Below are positions 11,850-25,113 of a stretch of 64,000 nt of DNA, in pieces; position 1 is the first letter of the stretch; every line of letters begins with the position of its first letter. The notes beneath the pieces are model-generated. The model saw only the letters and a list, made by a program, of their open reading frames with translations, was not told the origin of the DNA and did no database searches. The translations under genes and the position numbers were made by a program. Source of the DNA: Raillietiella orientalis (Eukaryota); assembly GCA_036172245.1 (NCBI GenBank), contig JAYWIR010000029.1:558001-622000 (forward strand). Direction: 5' to 3'.

Positions 11850-14800
11850 TACCACACTTTTTTTTTCTGTCAGACCGGTTCTCATCTGTCTGGAAATCAG
11901 AAAATATTATTCTAATGGCTATGGCTATAGCCTTTTCTACAAGCATAAGCGTCCTTATTTCGGAATACATGGGGATAACTCTGTTGAAGTTCTTCAACAT
12001 ATCTCCTCCATTTCCTATTCAAATGAAATTAAAAAAAATACTTTTACAAAACCCCTTAGAAAAAATACATCACAGAATCGAGAAAGATAAAACAGTTTAA
12101 TAACTGCAAATTAACTGCTTCAGTTTAGTGAAGTATTTGAAATCTTCATTGTGATGAATATGGAATCAAAATCAAAATCTTTTTGCTTTATTGAGTAGCC
12201 ATCTTTTTTCTATAGATCATTGCCAACGTATCTGAATTCTATCATGCCTGAGTGCATTCTTATTTATTTAAGGTTGGTCCCTTAAAACAATGATGACTTT
12301 AAAATTGCTCCGCAAAAAATTTGAGAAAAATAAATTGGATAAAAGTAATTATATGTGATATAAGGAAGGTGAATGCCCCATACATCTTTAGAACTATCGA
12401 ACCTTCTTTTATCGGGATGTTTTCTGACCTTATTTACAAGATTTCAATATCCTACACTGAAGCATCTTTTGAAATAAGATGGGTAGTATTTTCATGACTA
12501 TCTGCATTAGTTTCAGAATCCTACAATTGGGAGAAATTGGTTCAGTTCAAGTTCCTAATGTGAAAAAGGATACTGAGAAAGAAATCCACATACATAATTC
12601 AATAACAGAAATTGAGAAGAAGATAAAAGTGCTAAGAGAATTCAAAAAAGCAACAAAATGGATTAGAGGAAGAAAATGGTAGCCTTAGGAAATTATAAAT
12701 ATTGGGAAAATAATTCTTTGGTAAAAGGCGTAAAAATTATGCGTTAGAATAGGGACCAAAGAAAATAATTCCTTAACCAAAGAAAGAAACATTATGCACT
12801 CAAGAATGACAGATATTCTCAAAAGCATATCTAGGTACTATTAATATTTCTCCAGAGATAAGAGGACAAAGTGTATCTCGGAAGAGTGTGCAAAATCAAA
12901 CTACAATGCAAATAGTTGCAATAAAAAGATTTAATAAAAAGATTGTTAGTATAGACAAAACGAAACGAACAGTATATGACGATACATAAAAGTGTGTTAG
13001 AAGTTCTTTCTAAGTTGCATGGTATATCATGTATTCGATGATTGCTTAATTACTGATTGCCCCTTCCGTTCATAGAGGCTTTTCTGAGTAAAGAGAGCGA
13101 TGCATCTAATTCCTTATAACAGTACAATAGTTAATCTCCTTATAACAGTTAGCACTTATTATTCATCAATTAGCAATGTTTTATAATGTTTTGTATGTGA
13201 TTTTATTTTAAAGTGTACTTTCACTTCAAGTTCAGCTTCAAAATTACAGCTGATTTTATATTGACGCATTCCTCGTTTCCAGCGATTTGATTTTGTATTT
13301 CACGAAGTATAGGTTTTGAATGTTTCTCTTTTCTTCATTTGAACAGCTTGTGCCATCCATACCGATTTTTCTTGCTTGTTGTCTGGAACAGCTGCACGTT
13401 TAGAAACACACTCTGGTTCAAAGACGAAGTTCTGTAAACCTGAAACAATTTTTACTGCGATTCGTACCAACTATAATTTTAGCTACTCTCAAGAATTTAG
13501 TAACTAGACGTAATGATTAATACGACAGTATAATATTTAATAATTTTATATATTACATAATAAAACAATAATGATGTTCTCATTATTCTGTTGTATCATA
13601 TAATCATCTGGTCTTGTAAGTACTTCTTGGATTCATAGATGCTGTAGACGAACATTTACAATAGAACGAATGCACACTAAACGTGGATTAAACGCAATCA
13701 CTCAGATGACAGTCATCTTCAAAATGGCGATTTAGTGCAGATACAGTGACATCAATCAGCAAGGCTTCCTTAATCCATCCTCAAGATCATGTAAACGTGT
13801 ATTCTTTCCTGTATAAAAATCATAAAAGCATTTGTTTTCATCACAAAAGTTGGAAATTTCATGGCCTTCGCATAGACTTTTAGTTGTGTGTGTGTGTTTT
13901 TTTGTCATCTATTCTGAAATTTTGCACGGAGTTCAGTTTATCTAATAAAGCAACTAAAGAACCAACTATTTTTGTGTTTCTCTTCGCATGAGGAAATCTC
14001 TCTTCAAGCGTCCTGCAGCTGGTATTGCATTGGAGATCACTGGCCGCTGAGGAAGCAATAAAAAATTGAAATCAAATGAAATGGAAACTGTCTGTGTATT
14101 CCCAAGCGATTAACGCTTGGGAATTTTACATCCACGGGCAAACATGAGATTGAAAGCATTTTGTTGGGTGTAGCTCTCTGCTTCATAACTAATTCCACGA
14201 ATTGGAAAATATCATTCACATAATTGTATCTTCAAATAACTGCTAGAACAATAACTAGAGAATGTCCACAATTCTTGACCAAAAATGAAGTCATAATCTA
14301 AGTTAGCAATGAAAAAAGATGCAATCTTCCAGTGGGTTATCGAGATCTTTGTTCCCTTGTTCAGTTTCTTTGTGCAGTAGCTTTTCGTAAAATTCATCCT
14401 ACAATTTGTGAACTGATGTTTACATTTATCAGAAATTGCATTTGCTCTCATGACTTCAGTCAGCTTTTGGTGACTATTAAATAGGTAATTCTCCATCAAC
14501 AATTCTGATTCTTGTATCAAAAATGATCAATCGTCATTCATGCTTAAGTTCCCTTAACCAAACAAAACATAAAGTTTTGTAAATTAATCGATATGAATCA
14601 ATGTTTCATATATAGGATTACTTCAAGTTATCATAAGTTCGAAGAACATGACAGCTAAGAAAATTAAAAAAGAATCGAATTCCTGGATACAAAGAAAATT
14701 GCCAAAGGGGCCATTATGGTGTATACCTAATGTCTTTTAAAGTTTTGAAAGACCAACAAAAGGCGAGTTGAGCTCTATATGAAAGCAAATGCAACCTTAG

Positions 14801-15250
14801 AGTCCGAAAAGATGATACACTTATCACATGCATGATTTGGAAGTTTTATGACTTCATGATTGGCATGAAGATTCTTTCTCTTGTAATGTCAACTCTTCTT
14901 ATGTGATTTTCGGGTTTACATTAATTCGTTGATTAATATTCGGAACATGAGTTTGAAACCTATGCTGTAGGATAGAAGCAGAATGCAATTTGATGCTTTT
15001 AGACATCAATGAAATATGCAAGTAATACTATGCTGATGTCAGGAGGAAACTAAGGGTGGATTTAATTTCGATGAATTATACACTAGCTCTTGCACAAGAA
15101 CATGCATCACAGGAAAAGTATATGAAAATTGCCCATCGTGAGATTACAATATGCTACTCCTTTTAATTGTAGGTAGTAAAAAGAAATTGTTCATCTAGGT
15201 TTATCTCATAATGAATTAAGCAGATCATGCTATAAGAAACATTCAAAATG
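11850..15250. mobile_element. Highly decayed LINE/retroelement debris between TTI2 and NARS
   Basis: Short motif remnants only: KWRRYVEEL (- strand ~12000), IPGY..YGVY (+ ~14680), a CR1-like linker ..VP..W..KK (- ~13350), and a protease-like YDFIFG (- ~14290). Confidence 0.35.
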
Positions 15251-16293
15251 TAATCCATGTTGGTAAAAATTTCAATTCATAAGTTTAGGAGAAATTTCCA
15301 GAAAAAAATGTTCGGTTCCTGACATTTATGAAACCACAATTCTTATTCTTTCTAAGATTTGTAATAAATTTACTGTTAGAAGACTAATTGAAGTCTTCTT
15401 TATTACTGATTTATTACATTGTTTACATTCTCCAACTAGTTTTGGTTTCATCCTAAGTGTGAGCCAAGGAAAATCCAGTTCTCATAATTCACCTACTTTA
15501 ATTGCTACTTTAACTGCCATTAATTGTGCAATTGCCAACAGTGCACGAATGCATATCTTGTCAGAGTCCTTCCACGAGGCTCGACTTTGGAGCACTTGAT
15601 AGAAGGATTCATTTTAACGTGGAGTGAATTCAGTAATTTTCAAGTACGCAATTTTTTTATTTAAAATAACCTGTGACAGACCCTGGAACATTGGACGGCA
15701 AAGAATTATGAGAACTGTGTCGAAGAGCAGAACGAAATTCTGACGAAAGCGGACGGATGCATCCCATCGTTGTCCTGCACATCCGGTATGGCTCATGGAT
15801 CTTGCCGGGAAAGGTGATGGTAGCAGCATGAGTACACCGAATCACACAATAGCAGGTAAACGAATCGAAGCTGTATCTTCCTTTTTTCTTTTTCCTTTTT
15901 TTTTTTAAAAAAAAAAAAAAAAATAACAACTTATGTATCATCTTTAGAAGCATAATTTATTTCATGGTCATGTAATTATGTTACACTGTTTTAAAAAATG
16001 AAGTGATGTTGAACATTGGCTAGTGACAGATCATGCGAAGGAAACTGATTGAGTTGTGTATATGTGCTTGAAGATTTATCTATTAAAGATACTTCTGGTT
16101 CTTATGGTGTGAGATTATTACTCAAGTGCCTCTTCCCGAACAGTACATGCTTAATTTTTGTTACGAAATACACATTTCTTAGGGAAATATGTGTATTATA
16201 AATTCGTTTGATGTTCTCCATGGTGTGCTTATTTGAAGTAATGCAATTTAATGAATATATACAACTGAAGTACTTACTACCAATATTTTCCAG

Positions 16294-18299
16294 AACCGTC
16301 ATTTGTGTATGTTTCAAATGAAAGGGGTTCAGATGATCATGGGGATGGAAGTGAAATAAATCCATTCAAGACTGTAAATGCCGTAATTCATAGCGAGAGC
16401 ATATCTTTTCCCAAAATTCTTCTGGAGGGAAAAGAGGCAGAAGTATGATTAAATGTTAATCATCCATTTTAGTCAGATTTCACCAGAAATGGACTGAACT
16501 ATCATTATCACAACTTAAAAAAATAAAAAAGCTATGGATAAAAGAGCAGCAGAAAAAAGTTGCAGGTGTCTTAAACGAAAAGACCAGCAAAATCAAAAAA
16601 GATGATTCTGTTGTAATCAAGGAAGATTCCTCCCTTCCTAAATCAGTGATTAAGAAAATAAGGGATTCCTTTGAATGTTTAGATCAGAGAATCAAAGTTT
16701 ATGGATGGGTTCATCGTCTCAGAAGACAAGGTAGGTTTTGATGATTAACGCTAAGAATCAGAGGTCATTTAGGAAAGAAAATGATGTTCATAACATTAAG
16801 GGATGGGACAGGCTTTCTACAGTGCATATTAAGTGGTGTTTTGTGTTTGACTCCTGCTGCAGTTAGTCTGAATACAGAGTCCTCTGTATGCTTGATAGGT
16901 ACTTTAACTTCTGTTCCTGAAGGAAAAAAGGTAAATGCTTGCATAGTCTTCAAATCAACTTGACAAATTGTAGGCTCCTGGAGGATGTGAATTAATTGTG
17001 GATTATTGGGAACTGATTGGTGGGTCACCCCCAGGTGGGGCTGATGCATTACTAAATGAAGAAGCTCTTCCGGATGTTCAGATGGATAATCGACACATTC
17101 TAATCCGGGGAGAAAATGTGTGTTTGTTAATTGCCAGCCTAAATGATATCTATTATGCAGACATCCAAAATTCTTAAAGTGCGGTCAGCATTGCTGCAAG
17201 CTCTTCGCAGTTACTTTTGGGATGAAAGCTATTTAGAAGTTACTCCACCCACTTTGGTTCAGACACAGTGTGAAGGAGGAGCTACTTTGTTTTCATTTTC
17301 GTATTTTGGTTCTCAAGCTTATCTTACTCAAAGTTCTCAGCTATATTTAGAAACAGCCATTCCATCATTGGGTGATGTCTTTTGTATTGCACCCAGTTAT
17401 CGTGCTGAACAGTCTCGAACAAGGCGCCACCTAGCAGAATTTACCCATGTGGAAGCTGAATGCCCTTTTATCACGTTTAATGAGCTTATAGATCGTATAG
17501 AGGACTTAGTTTGCAGCACCATAAATCGTCTAACGAAATCTACTTGGCAAATGGTGCATGAACTCAATCCTAACTTCAAAGCTCCCCAAAAGCCATTCCG
17601 GCGTATGGATTACAAACAAGTAATTGAATGGCTTCAAGATAATGAAGTTCTCAAAGATGATGGCTCTGCTTATGTTTATGGGGATGATATTCTGGAATCT
17701 GCAGAACGCTACATGACAGACAAGATTAATGAACCTATTTTGGTGTGTCGGTTTCCTGCTGAGTTGAAATCCTTTTACATTGCCAAATGTCCTGAAGATC
17801 CACAGCTCACTGAAGCAGTAAGTACATAATACCTGAAAAGCATTCTCCTTTTCTGCAAAGGGAATCATTTAGAAATGAGTCTCAGCATAGGGAGGTACAT
17901 AAATGTATTTTGTTTTCCACCCACACTTTTGATAATGTGTGGACTAAATAACAAGTACAAGTGCACCAGGCAAATAAAAGCATCTTCTTTTAGGTTGATT
18001 TGCTAGTGCCTGGTGTGGGCGAGATGGTGGGAGCTTCAATGCGTATATGGGATTCAGAAGAATTATTGAAAGCTTTTCAGCAGCGCAACATTGGATCTTC
18101 ACCATATTATTGGTATGTGGATCAGGTCAGTATGAATTTTATAAAGAAGAATTTAACTGTTTAACTTTAGTGTAAGTTTGGTCCTTGTCCTCATGGTGGT
18201 TATGGAATAGGTTTTGAGCGTTTTTTATGTTGGATACTCAATCGTCACATTAGAGATGTATGCCTTTATCCACGATTCACGGGACGTTGCAGTCCTTGA
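16294..18299 (+). CDS. NARS1: Cytoplasmic asparaginyl-tRNA synthetase; the ATG-bearing first exon was not located
   Basis: Exons 16294-16442, 16487-16730, 16773-16930, 16974-17117, 17161-17817, 17994-18125, 18171-18299. Motifs [55 protein letters not shown] and [21 protein letters not shown]. Confidence 0.95.
17843..17962 (+). ncRNA. Intronic box H/ACA snoRNA; 3' pocket predicted to guide the 18S rRNA site equivalent to human Psi1347 (SNORA4/snR83-like)
   Basis: Lies in the only long NARS intron (17818-17993). Two hairpins, H box ACATAA at 17897-17902, and ACA at 17957-17959 located 14 nt from the CCACAC/GTGTGG upper stem. Pocket strands TTCCAC and ACTAA are complementary to conserved 18S UUAGU-UG-GUGGAG. 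Confidence 0.8.
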
Positions 18300-18331
18300 G
18301 GTGCAATATATTGTGTAAAGACAACTTCTTT

Positions 18332-21300
18332 TTATTTTATCAGTAACAGGCTACGAACTTCCCGAAAGAAATCTTCAAAATTTTTGCAAAACTTCTGCCT
18401 CTGTACACGAACATAAACCAGATCCACATTTTGTAGTAAAGCATGAAAAATATTTTGTAACTTCTCTCTGTTAAATGAATCAGAAATCGAAAGTATTGTT
18501 TTTTGCACCCATTTATGGTATTCATCCTGGTGAAGATGCAAAAATTAACTCTTTAATGTGTAGAATAAGTGTGCAATCATACCTGATAGCAACATATAAG
18601 TGGGAAAAGAGCAGCGCTTAAGTGCATCTCACAATCTGGATTCAACTGGTTACTGAGCAACAAATCCAGCAGAAACTACTTTCACTGATTGACTTTGTAC
18701 AAGCATTCAATCATCTACCTGCAGAAATCCTTTTAGATCCAGTGTTACGCTGGTCCCTTGTGGAATCCAACACAGATAAGCACCCAGCTTCTGAATAATG
18801 TCTAATGCAAAGTTTGTAATATCTGAGCTGAAATTTGTAAGGCCTAATTGCACAGATGTTAAAACATTTGTCTGAGTCTGAAAGTCTAGATTGCACATTT
18901 GTTCAGGATGTAGTTCACAAAATTGAGTCAAGAGCTGAAAATATACCAAACACAGACGTGGAACTTTCAGTAGATCTATACTGAGTAATGGTATCAAAAA
19001 ACGGAGGGCAAGTACACTTGGTGCATCAGCTGTTTTATCTTCAGCTGCCACATTTGAATCACCTACACCACAACACTAAGCTAAATATCAGTAGGGTGTG
19101 CTTACCATATAATGGCAAGCAGTTGCAAGTCAGCAATTCAATCAGTAAATTAAATAACAGACATATTTCTTGAATTGTTTTCTCTTCTGCTGCACATTCT
19201 CGGGTAATCCATCCCAAACGACTGGTTGCATATACTTCCACTAATTGCATGGTATGCTTTTCCAGAGTTTGCTTCAATTGCTCAGTTTCATCCCACACAA
19301 GTTTTTGTATAGCTTCTGCAAACATCTCTAGGATCAATTGCATAATGACACTGTCTTGATGATAGCGAGATGCTAGTAATGCGCTTTGGGCAAACAAAGG
19401 CTGCAATAGGGAGGTTGCATAAGTTGCTCCACTAGGTTGGACTCCCTGCATTAGAGCTAATAATCATAGAATCCCTCTTTACATGTCCGAATACCTATAG
19501 CCAAATCCAGCACATAGGGCAACCAGATATTTTGATGTTCATTGTTCTTGTTTGTTTCAAATTCTGTCAATGTCCACTCTACTCGCTCTTTGAAAGGTGC
19601 TAAGGCATGCTTCGTTAAGTTGCTGTCCACTTGTTTTCCTGTTACAGCATGAACAATAGCTTGAAACAAAGTTTGCCTAGTAGCTGAATCCAAGTGGTTT
19701 GATTCAGAACTCCAAAAATACAACACGAGGTCCCAGAAGGCATTCGAACTCAAAAGCTTTGATGCTCTGTAAAAGAAAAGAAAAAAAAAAAAAGTAAATC
19801 AATTCTTTACAACACAAACAGACTGACCTCTCCTGCTGACGAACCAATGTGAGCATCAATTTGGCAGACTCCTGAAGGAGTTGCACCTCACCTGGCCAAT
19901 AACGTAAGATGAAACTAATGTGGATTACAATGGCATCCATCATAAACATCAGCTCAGATCCACCAGGTCCTAGCAAGGATAAGAAGGCAGGATGTATCTG
20001 ATCTATAACACTTTCATCTGGAGGAGTGTATAAAAGTACTACACGCTGGAAAAACCAAACTGTAGTAGATGCTAACTCAGGGCTCATGACAGATGTTAGC
20101 TGATTAGCATGAGCTGAATGTTCCAGATCAGTTAAACAGAATACAGCAGAAAATAATCTGCATACGTGTCATTCTTATTATCAATATGAAAGAATACTCA
20201 CAAGATCAATGGATTAGAATACCCTTTTGCAGAGTCTTGAGCAACATTGTTCATCTCACTGCTGAGTTTCTGATTGTTGCTATGCTGCATAATGAATTTC
20301 AACAGTTCAGTAGGAATGGTAGCTACTTCACTTTCACAGTCCACACCAATTGTTGATCCTGTTACTAGGTTATCTCTGGGCAAGAGTTTATTCCAAACTT
20401 GTTTTACCAGCTATCAACAAAAGCCAGTGCAAATCCTCCATGAGGCTCTCCAAACCAACTACTCCTCCTATCTGCTGTTGCAACCCAAGCATAGGTTCCA
20501 ATCCATTTTTCAATTTGCTAATGCTTTCATTTATAAGATTCACCAATAGGTCCACACTGTAACTCGGAATCTAACGGAAAAAAATTAAGCACAATGCATA
20601 TTTCAATTTTAACAATTAACTGGATTGGCCAGAAATTGGACAGACGAAGTTTTTTTTCACAAAACATCCTGACACATGATATGAACACATAATAAAAAGA
20701 ACACAATTTTAAAACATATAAATCGAAATATATTATTGCAGAAATAGATTTTTTATAATAACAATAAAAGTAGTGCCAGTCTAACATGCCCCACCTGTCT
20801 AGCTAGCATTCCAATTGCTGCAAGATGATCCTGATATTTCTCTCGATCTGATTCGATGTCTGCATTGATTTCATCATTTGTTAATTCTTCCTACATAAAG
20901 CTGAATAAACAATAATAATAAAAGTCCAACCTCTGATCGAATTCCTACAGGTGATCCCAAATGGCACTGAATATAGGAATTCAGTATTGATGTGGCAAAG
21001 CTATGGAATAATTCTACTAAAGTAGCACTTTCATGATGTAAAAGAACCATCCACATCTGCAGCATCAGGGAAAAAGCATCCATGTAAACAGCATCATCCT
21101 TAAACAAAAATGCATAGTAAATGGAAAATCAACAAGCACATTGCAAACCTACTTCTTGTGACTGCTGCAATTGTTGACCCCATGAACATGTAAAACTTGT
21201 TGCTTGAGACAAAAAGGCATACAACAAATCGTTATTGAGATCAGAAAGAATTGCTGACTGAAACCTTGCTAAATTTGAAAAAATTTTTGCGATGTCATAA

Positions 21301-24300
21301 ACATCAGAATGCTTCAGTTGAATACTAAAACACAACTGCATTATGAATGTTTAATACGAATAACTAATACACCATTTTAGTGTATCCACTAATAAACTTA
21401 TGTACTGCTGGTTATAGCACAAAGAATCAGATTTTTCAAAGACCGTAGCACCATTTAGTGTTGCCAACTGAGCTAAACAATGAAGCACTAGTAGGCTTGC
21501 ATGTTCATCCTTATGCAACCAGTGATATGCCTGAAAAACAGAGACAAATGATCTATCAATTTTACAAGATTTTATATTTTTACCTGAAACAACAGCTGAA
21601 TTGCATTGGATTTGATCAAGACATCTTTCCATTCCTTGCTGGGTCGAAAAGATACATCCTGCTCTGATTCCCAGAAAGCAGCTATCATTTTGGGAGACAC
21701 AAAGCTAAGAAATACCATAATCTCATGGTTCATGAAAGGATACTGCGAGCACTGGCAAAGCACCAAAACAAAATTTGCTCCAGTATTTGCAGCAGCGAAC
21801 AAGTAAATTCCAAATCATCTTGTACTTGAAGAATGCTGGATAATGTTTGGAGAACAAGCACAAAAATATTTTTCAGTAATGATACCTAAATCACCAAATT
21901 AAAATGTGAGGAAAGAAAGAAAAGAGACTGGAAAAAGAAAACAAAAAGAAAAATAGTCAAATCCAAAATATAAAACTAACCTCAAAATCAATTTTCGCTT
22001 CGGAATGATGCAACCAGGAAAGACCAATATCTGATGAATGCAATGTATTGCAGTATTCATTCAGAAGGGCACTTATACAGGCGCATCCTACTTTACGTTG
22101 AAATCTCAGATTCATTAAAGCATTGTCTGACAATGCTAAATGTGCTGGATTATTAACATTCAATAGGTCTACGACCTTGTTGAAGAAATACTTCCTTTGG
22201 TTTCCACCATCAAGTATGCTTATTCGTTTTATGATAATGGCTAGCAACTGTGAAAAAAGGCATAGCTGATAATTACAGACTTAGCGAAAATTCCTCACTT
22301 GAATTAATTTTTGATGAACAAAACTTTTCAATGATGCTCTATCTAAAACATATCTCAAAATGTATTCTTGCAAAGATTCTATTTGCTCCATTGTCAAACT
22401 TGCACACTGCTTAATGAACTCATTTTTGAAAAGTTCTGCTGCTTCAAATAATACATAATCAACTTCTGAATTTTCTGAAAAATAATTTCTAACAATTAAT
22501 ACTTACGAATTCACTAGCTTCCATCTCATTCTGAAATACTTTTCTATTAATGCAAACATGTGCTTAATCTATGTTTAACAAGTCAACACTGAGTAAAAAT
22601 ACGTGAATTTCATTCAAGGAATTATTATTTTTAACTGATGTATAGATAATTTTGTATTTGTAAGTCCTCATAATTTCTACAAAAGCATTTCCAATAATTC
22701 CATTTCTTAATCACAGAGATTAACCGTGAATCAAGTCATGTACTTTCCCTACAACTTTTCTCTGCACATTTTTCTTCCAATTGAGCATGCAGATCTGTAA
22801 TGCCATTAATGGATCTAAATTGGACTTTTCTGTGAAAACAGCTTCATGAGATACTAAACATAAATTTTGCCATATTTTTATTCAGGAAACTAAATAGTGA
22901 TGTTATAGATTTTATGTACTAATATTTTATATGCTAATAAAACTAATTACTTATAATCACGTTCTACACTTAGTAATAATTGTCACTTCCATTCCTAGGC
23001 AAGAACAAATATTTACATGTTTCATTGCATATACTCTCTCATATTCATACTTATGCTCATTCTTTCTGTGAATACTACAGTATAGTCCAAAGTTTATTTT
23101 TAATAAGCTCATAAAACCTTCATAAATCAAAACAAAAACATAAACTTATTTTTCATTAAAAGATGGTCATTGAACACAATTTCAGTGATAAAACTTGATT
23201 AACTTCCAAGTGTTTTTTTTATTTATCCTTGGCCTGTTAGTCATGCATGCTACTCCTCATATTTGATAATGATGTTATTTTCACTTAATAATTCAGTTCA
23301 CATTTTCTCTATTGTTCCTAAGAATGCCTGGAGTCACTGTGAATTCAAATGAACTTCAGGTGCCACTACGGAAATTTGTAAAATTATAAAAACATCTGTT
23401 CCCTAATGACAGGACCCAATAACACAATCAATTCTGTATATCAACATGTTTGAACAAAGTAAGTTCCCAGAATTAAACACAGATAATTCCAAATCAGATT
23501 TAATATACATAGCAGAATATTTGGGCACATAAGCAATTGTAGTTAAAATTTTATAAAACCTGTGAATAATGAAAAAACCTGTTCTCCTTCAGGACTGTGT
23601 AAACCAATCAGTTTTTTAAATTTCTAAAGGGCACATTTAATGAAATTAAAAGCAAAATTTTTTTCATAAGATCAAGAATCTATTATAAGAAGATTTGAAT
23701 AATTTTGGAGAAATTACGGAACAAAATATTAAAGCAATCTCGCATATCTTAACAATGTTTGTAATCAGATATGCTGTCTTGATTATTTTTGTTGAGTAAA
23801 AAAACTAATAATGAAGCAAAACATCTTGACACAAGACACACTGGTTTCAGGAGCAAGTCTAAGAGATCAAAATGCCCTCAAATCGGACCACAGATTACTC
23901 CAAATGTGTGCAGTTTTTCATCTGTAGATTTCTAATTTTGGTTCTCACATCTGATAGAACTGGTCCCACAACTGAGATACCAATGTGTTTTAAATAATTT
24001 TCCTTTTAAAGAGAGAAACATTGATCACAAGATGGACCAAGTTGAATGTACATGATGCTGGACAAGGACATGAACGGCATGTGCATCACAAAAAAAAAAA
24101 AAAACAATCGAAAAACACATCAAATTGGAAACAATCTCTCACATAAGCTGAAAACTTCCACGAAGTTAATCAAGATTCTATGCATATTATTTGATGAACC
24201 CGAAGTTATTAGAAACATACACTGAAGAGTGCACTTTCAACAGCAAAAATTGAAGCCCTGATACTGCAAACATCACAGCTTTGAATGAAGCAGCATGCAA

Positions 24301-25113
24301 CAAAGTACAAATACGGTTAATCAAATTTCTCCATGCAATCTTGAGCAATGGAGAAATTTATGCAACTATTTGCTATCAAGACACATCTCCTACCAACACT
24401 TGGTGTCAACATGCAATTTCCAGAAACAGAGAAGCAATTGGAGGTGAATGAACACTTCATGCTGAAAACAAAAACATCTAGCATCACTGGCTAGAATATA
24501 TCATAATCATAAAATTCATAGCACAGTTTTCAATAGATATAAAGAAGTCAAAGAAAATAATCTCTTATGAATGATTTAAAAATCCTTTGAATTGCAAGAC
24601 TAGCACTCAAAATTATAATTTTTTAACTCTTGAATGATCAATGTGATATATGTTTACCCAACAAATACTGGCAAAACTCAAAAGATTTTCCTTCTTTTCT
24701 TATATGAAGGAAGACACTTTCTGCTCTACATCTATCTTCTTTTGAAACAAGATTCTGGGGAGCCTAAAACAAAATGTTAATAACAGCATGGTCAAGTAAG
24801 GCAATTAATGATCATGAAAGTACATTCAAATTCAAGCTTGTTTGAAAACATTCCGATATTCACACCGACAATCACATACTGAGTTAGTATCTTCGAAAGG
24901 AGCTGTTGTTGCAGCACAAATCGAAACCGTTAATGGTTACTGATGGCAATCTGATTTTGCAATAAAACAGAGTGCAGTTTCCGTTCATAACACAATTTCA
25001 TTTTTACTTTGAAATGAGCCTCTTTTTTTGCGCATTTAGTCATGACTTAGAGCCTGAAATCAATAATCGTTTACCAATAATATCTTTGAAGCAGCCTCCA
25101 ATTCAGCAATCAT
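18332..25113 (-). CDS. XPO4: Exportin-4, multi-exon
   Basis: First exon 25113-25075 MIAELEAASKILL; then APQNLVSKEDRCRAESVFL, VDYVLFEAA, IGLSWLHH, PLLSIDLLKVPRLCLVYFQLL and the C-terminal FCKNFEDFFREVRSLLLIK*, all matching XPO4 orthologues. Confidence 0.93.
21682..21743 (-). other. U12-type (minor spliceosome) intron in XPO4
   Basis: The 5' splice site is GTATCCTTT, a branch-like TTTCTTAGC is present, and an in-frame AG gives a 62-nt intron. Reading through hits a stop codon. Confidence 0.65.
23550..24450 (+). mobile_element. Decayed LINE APE-endonuclease remnant inside XPO4 intron 2
   Basis: CLDYFLLSK (~23775) followed by LKSDHRLL (~23880), matching APE C-terminal IDY and SDH motifs. Confidence 0.45.

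Noticed and set aside
13300..13440. Elevenin/L11-like neuropeptide exon (FVFEPECVSKR)
   Set aside because: No compatible signal-peptide or DC-bearing upstream exon was found, and the downstream W..KK..F..Y pattern fits a CR1-like LINE linker.
16000..16052. Box C/D snoRNA candidate (GTGATGT...CTGA)
   Set aside because: Too short, imperfect C box, and no recognisable rRNA complementarity.
24323..24359. 12-bp inverted repeat hairpin (AAATTTCTCCAT/ATGGAGAAATTT)
   Set aside because: Too short for a pre-miRNA or MITE, and single copy within LINE debris.
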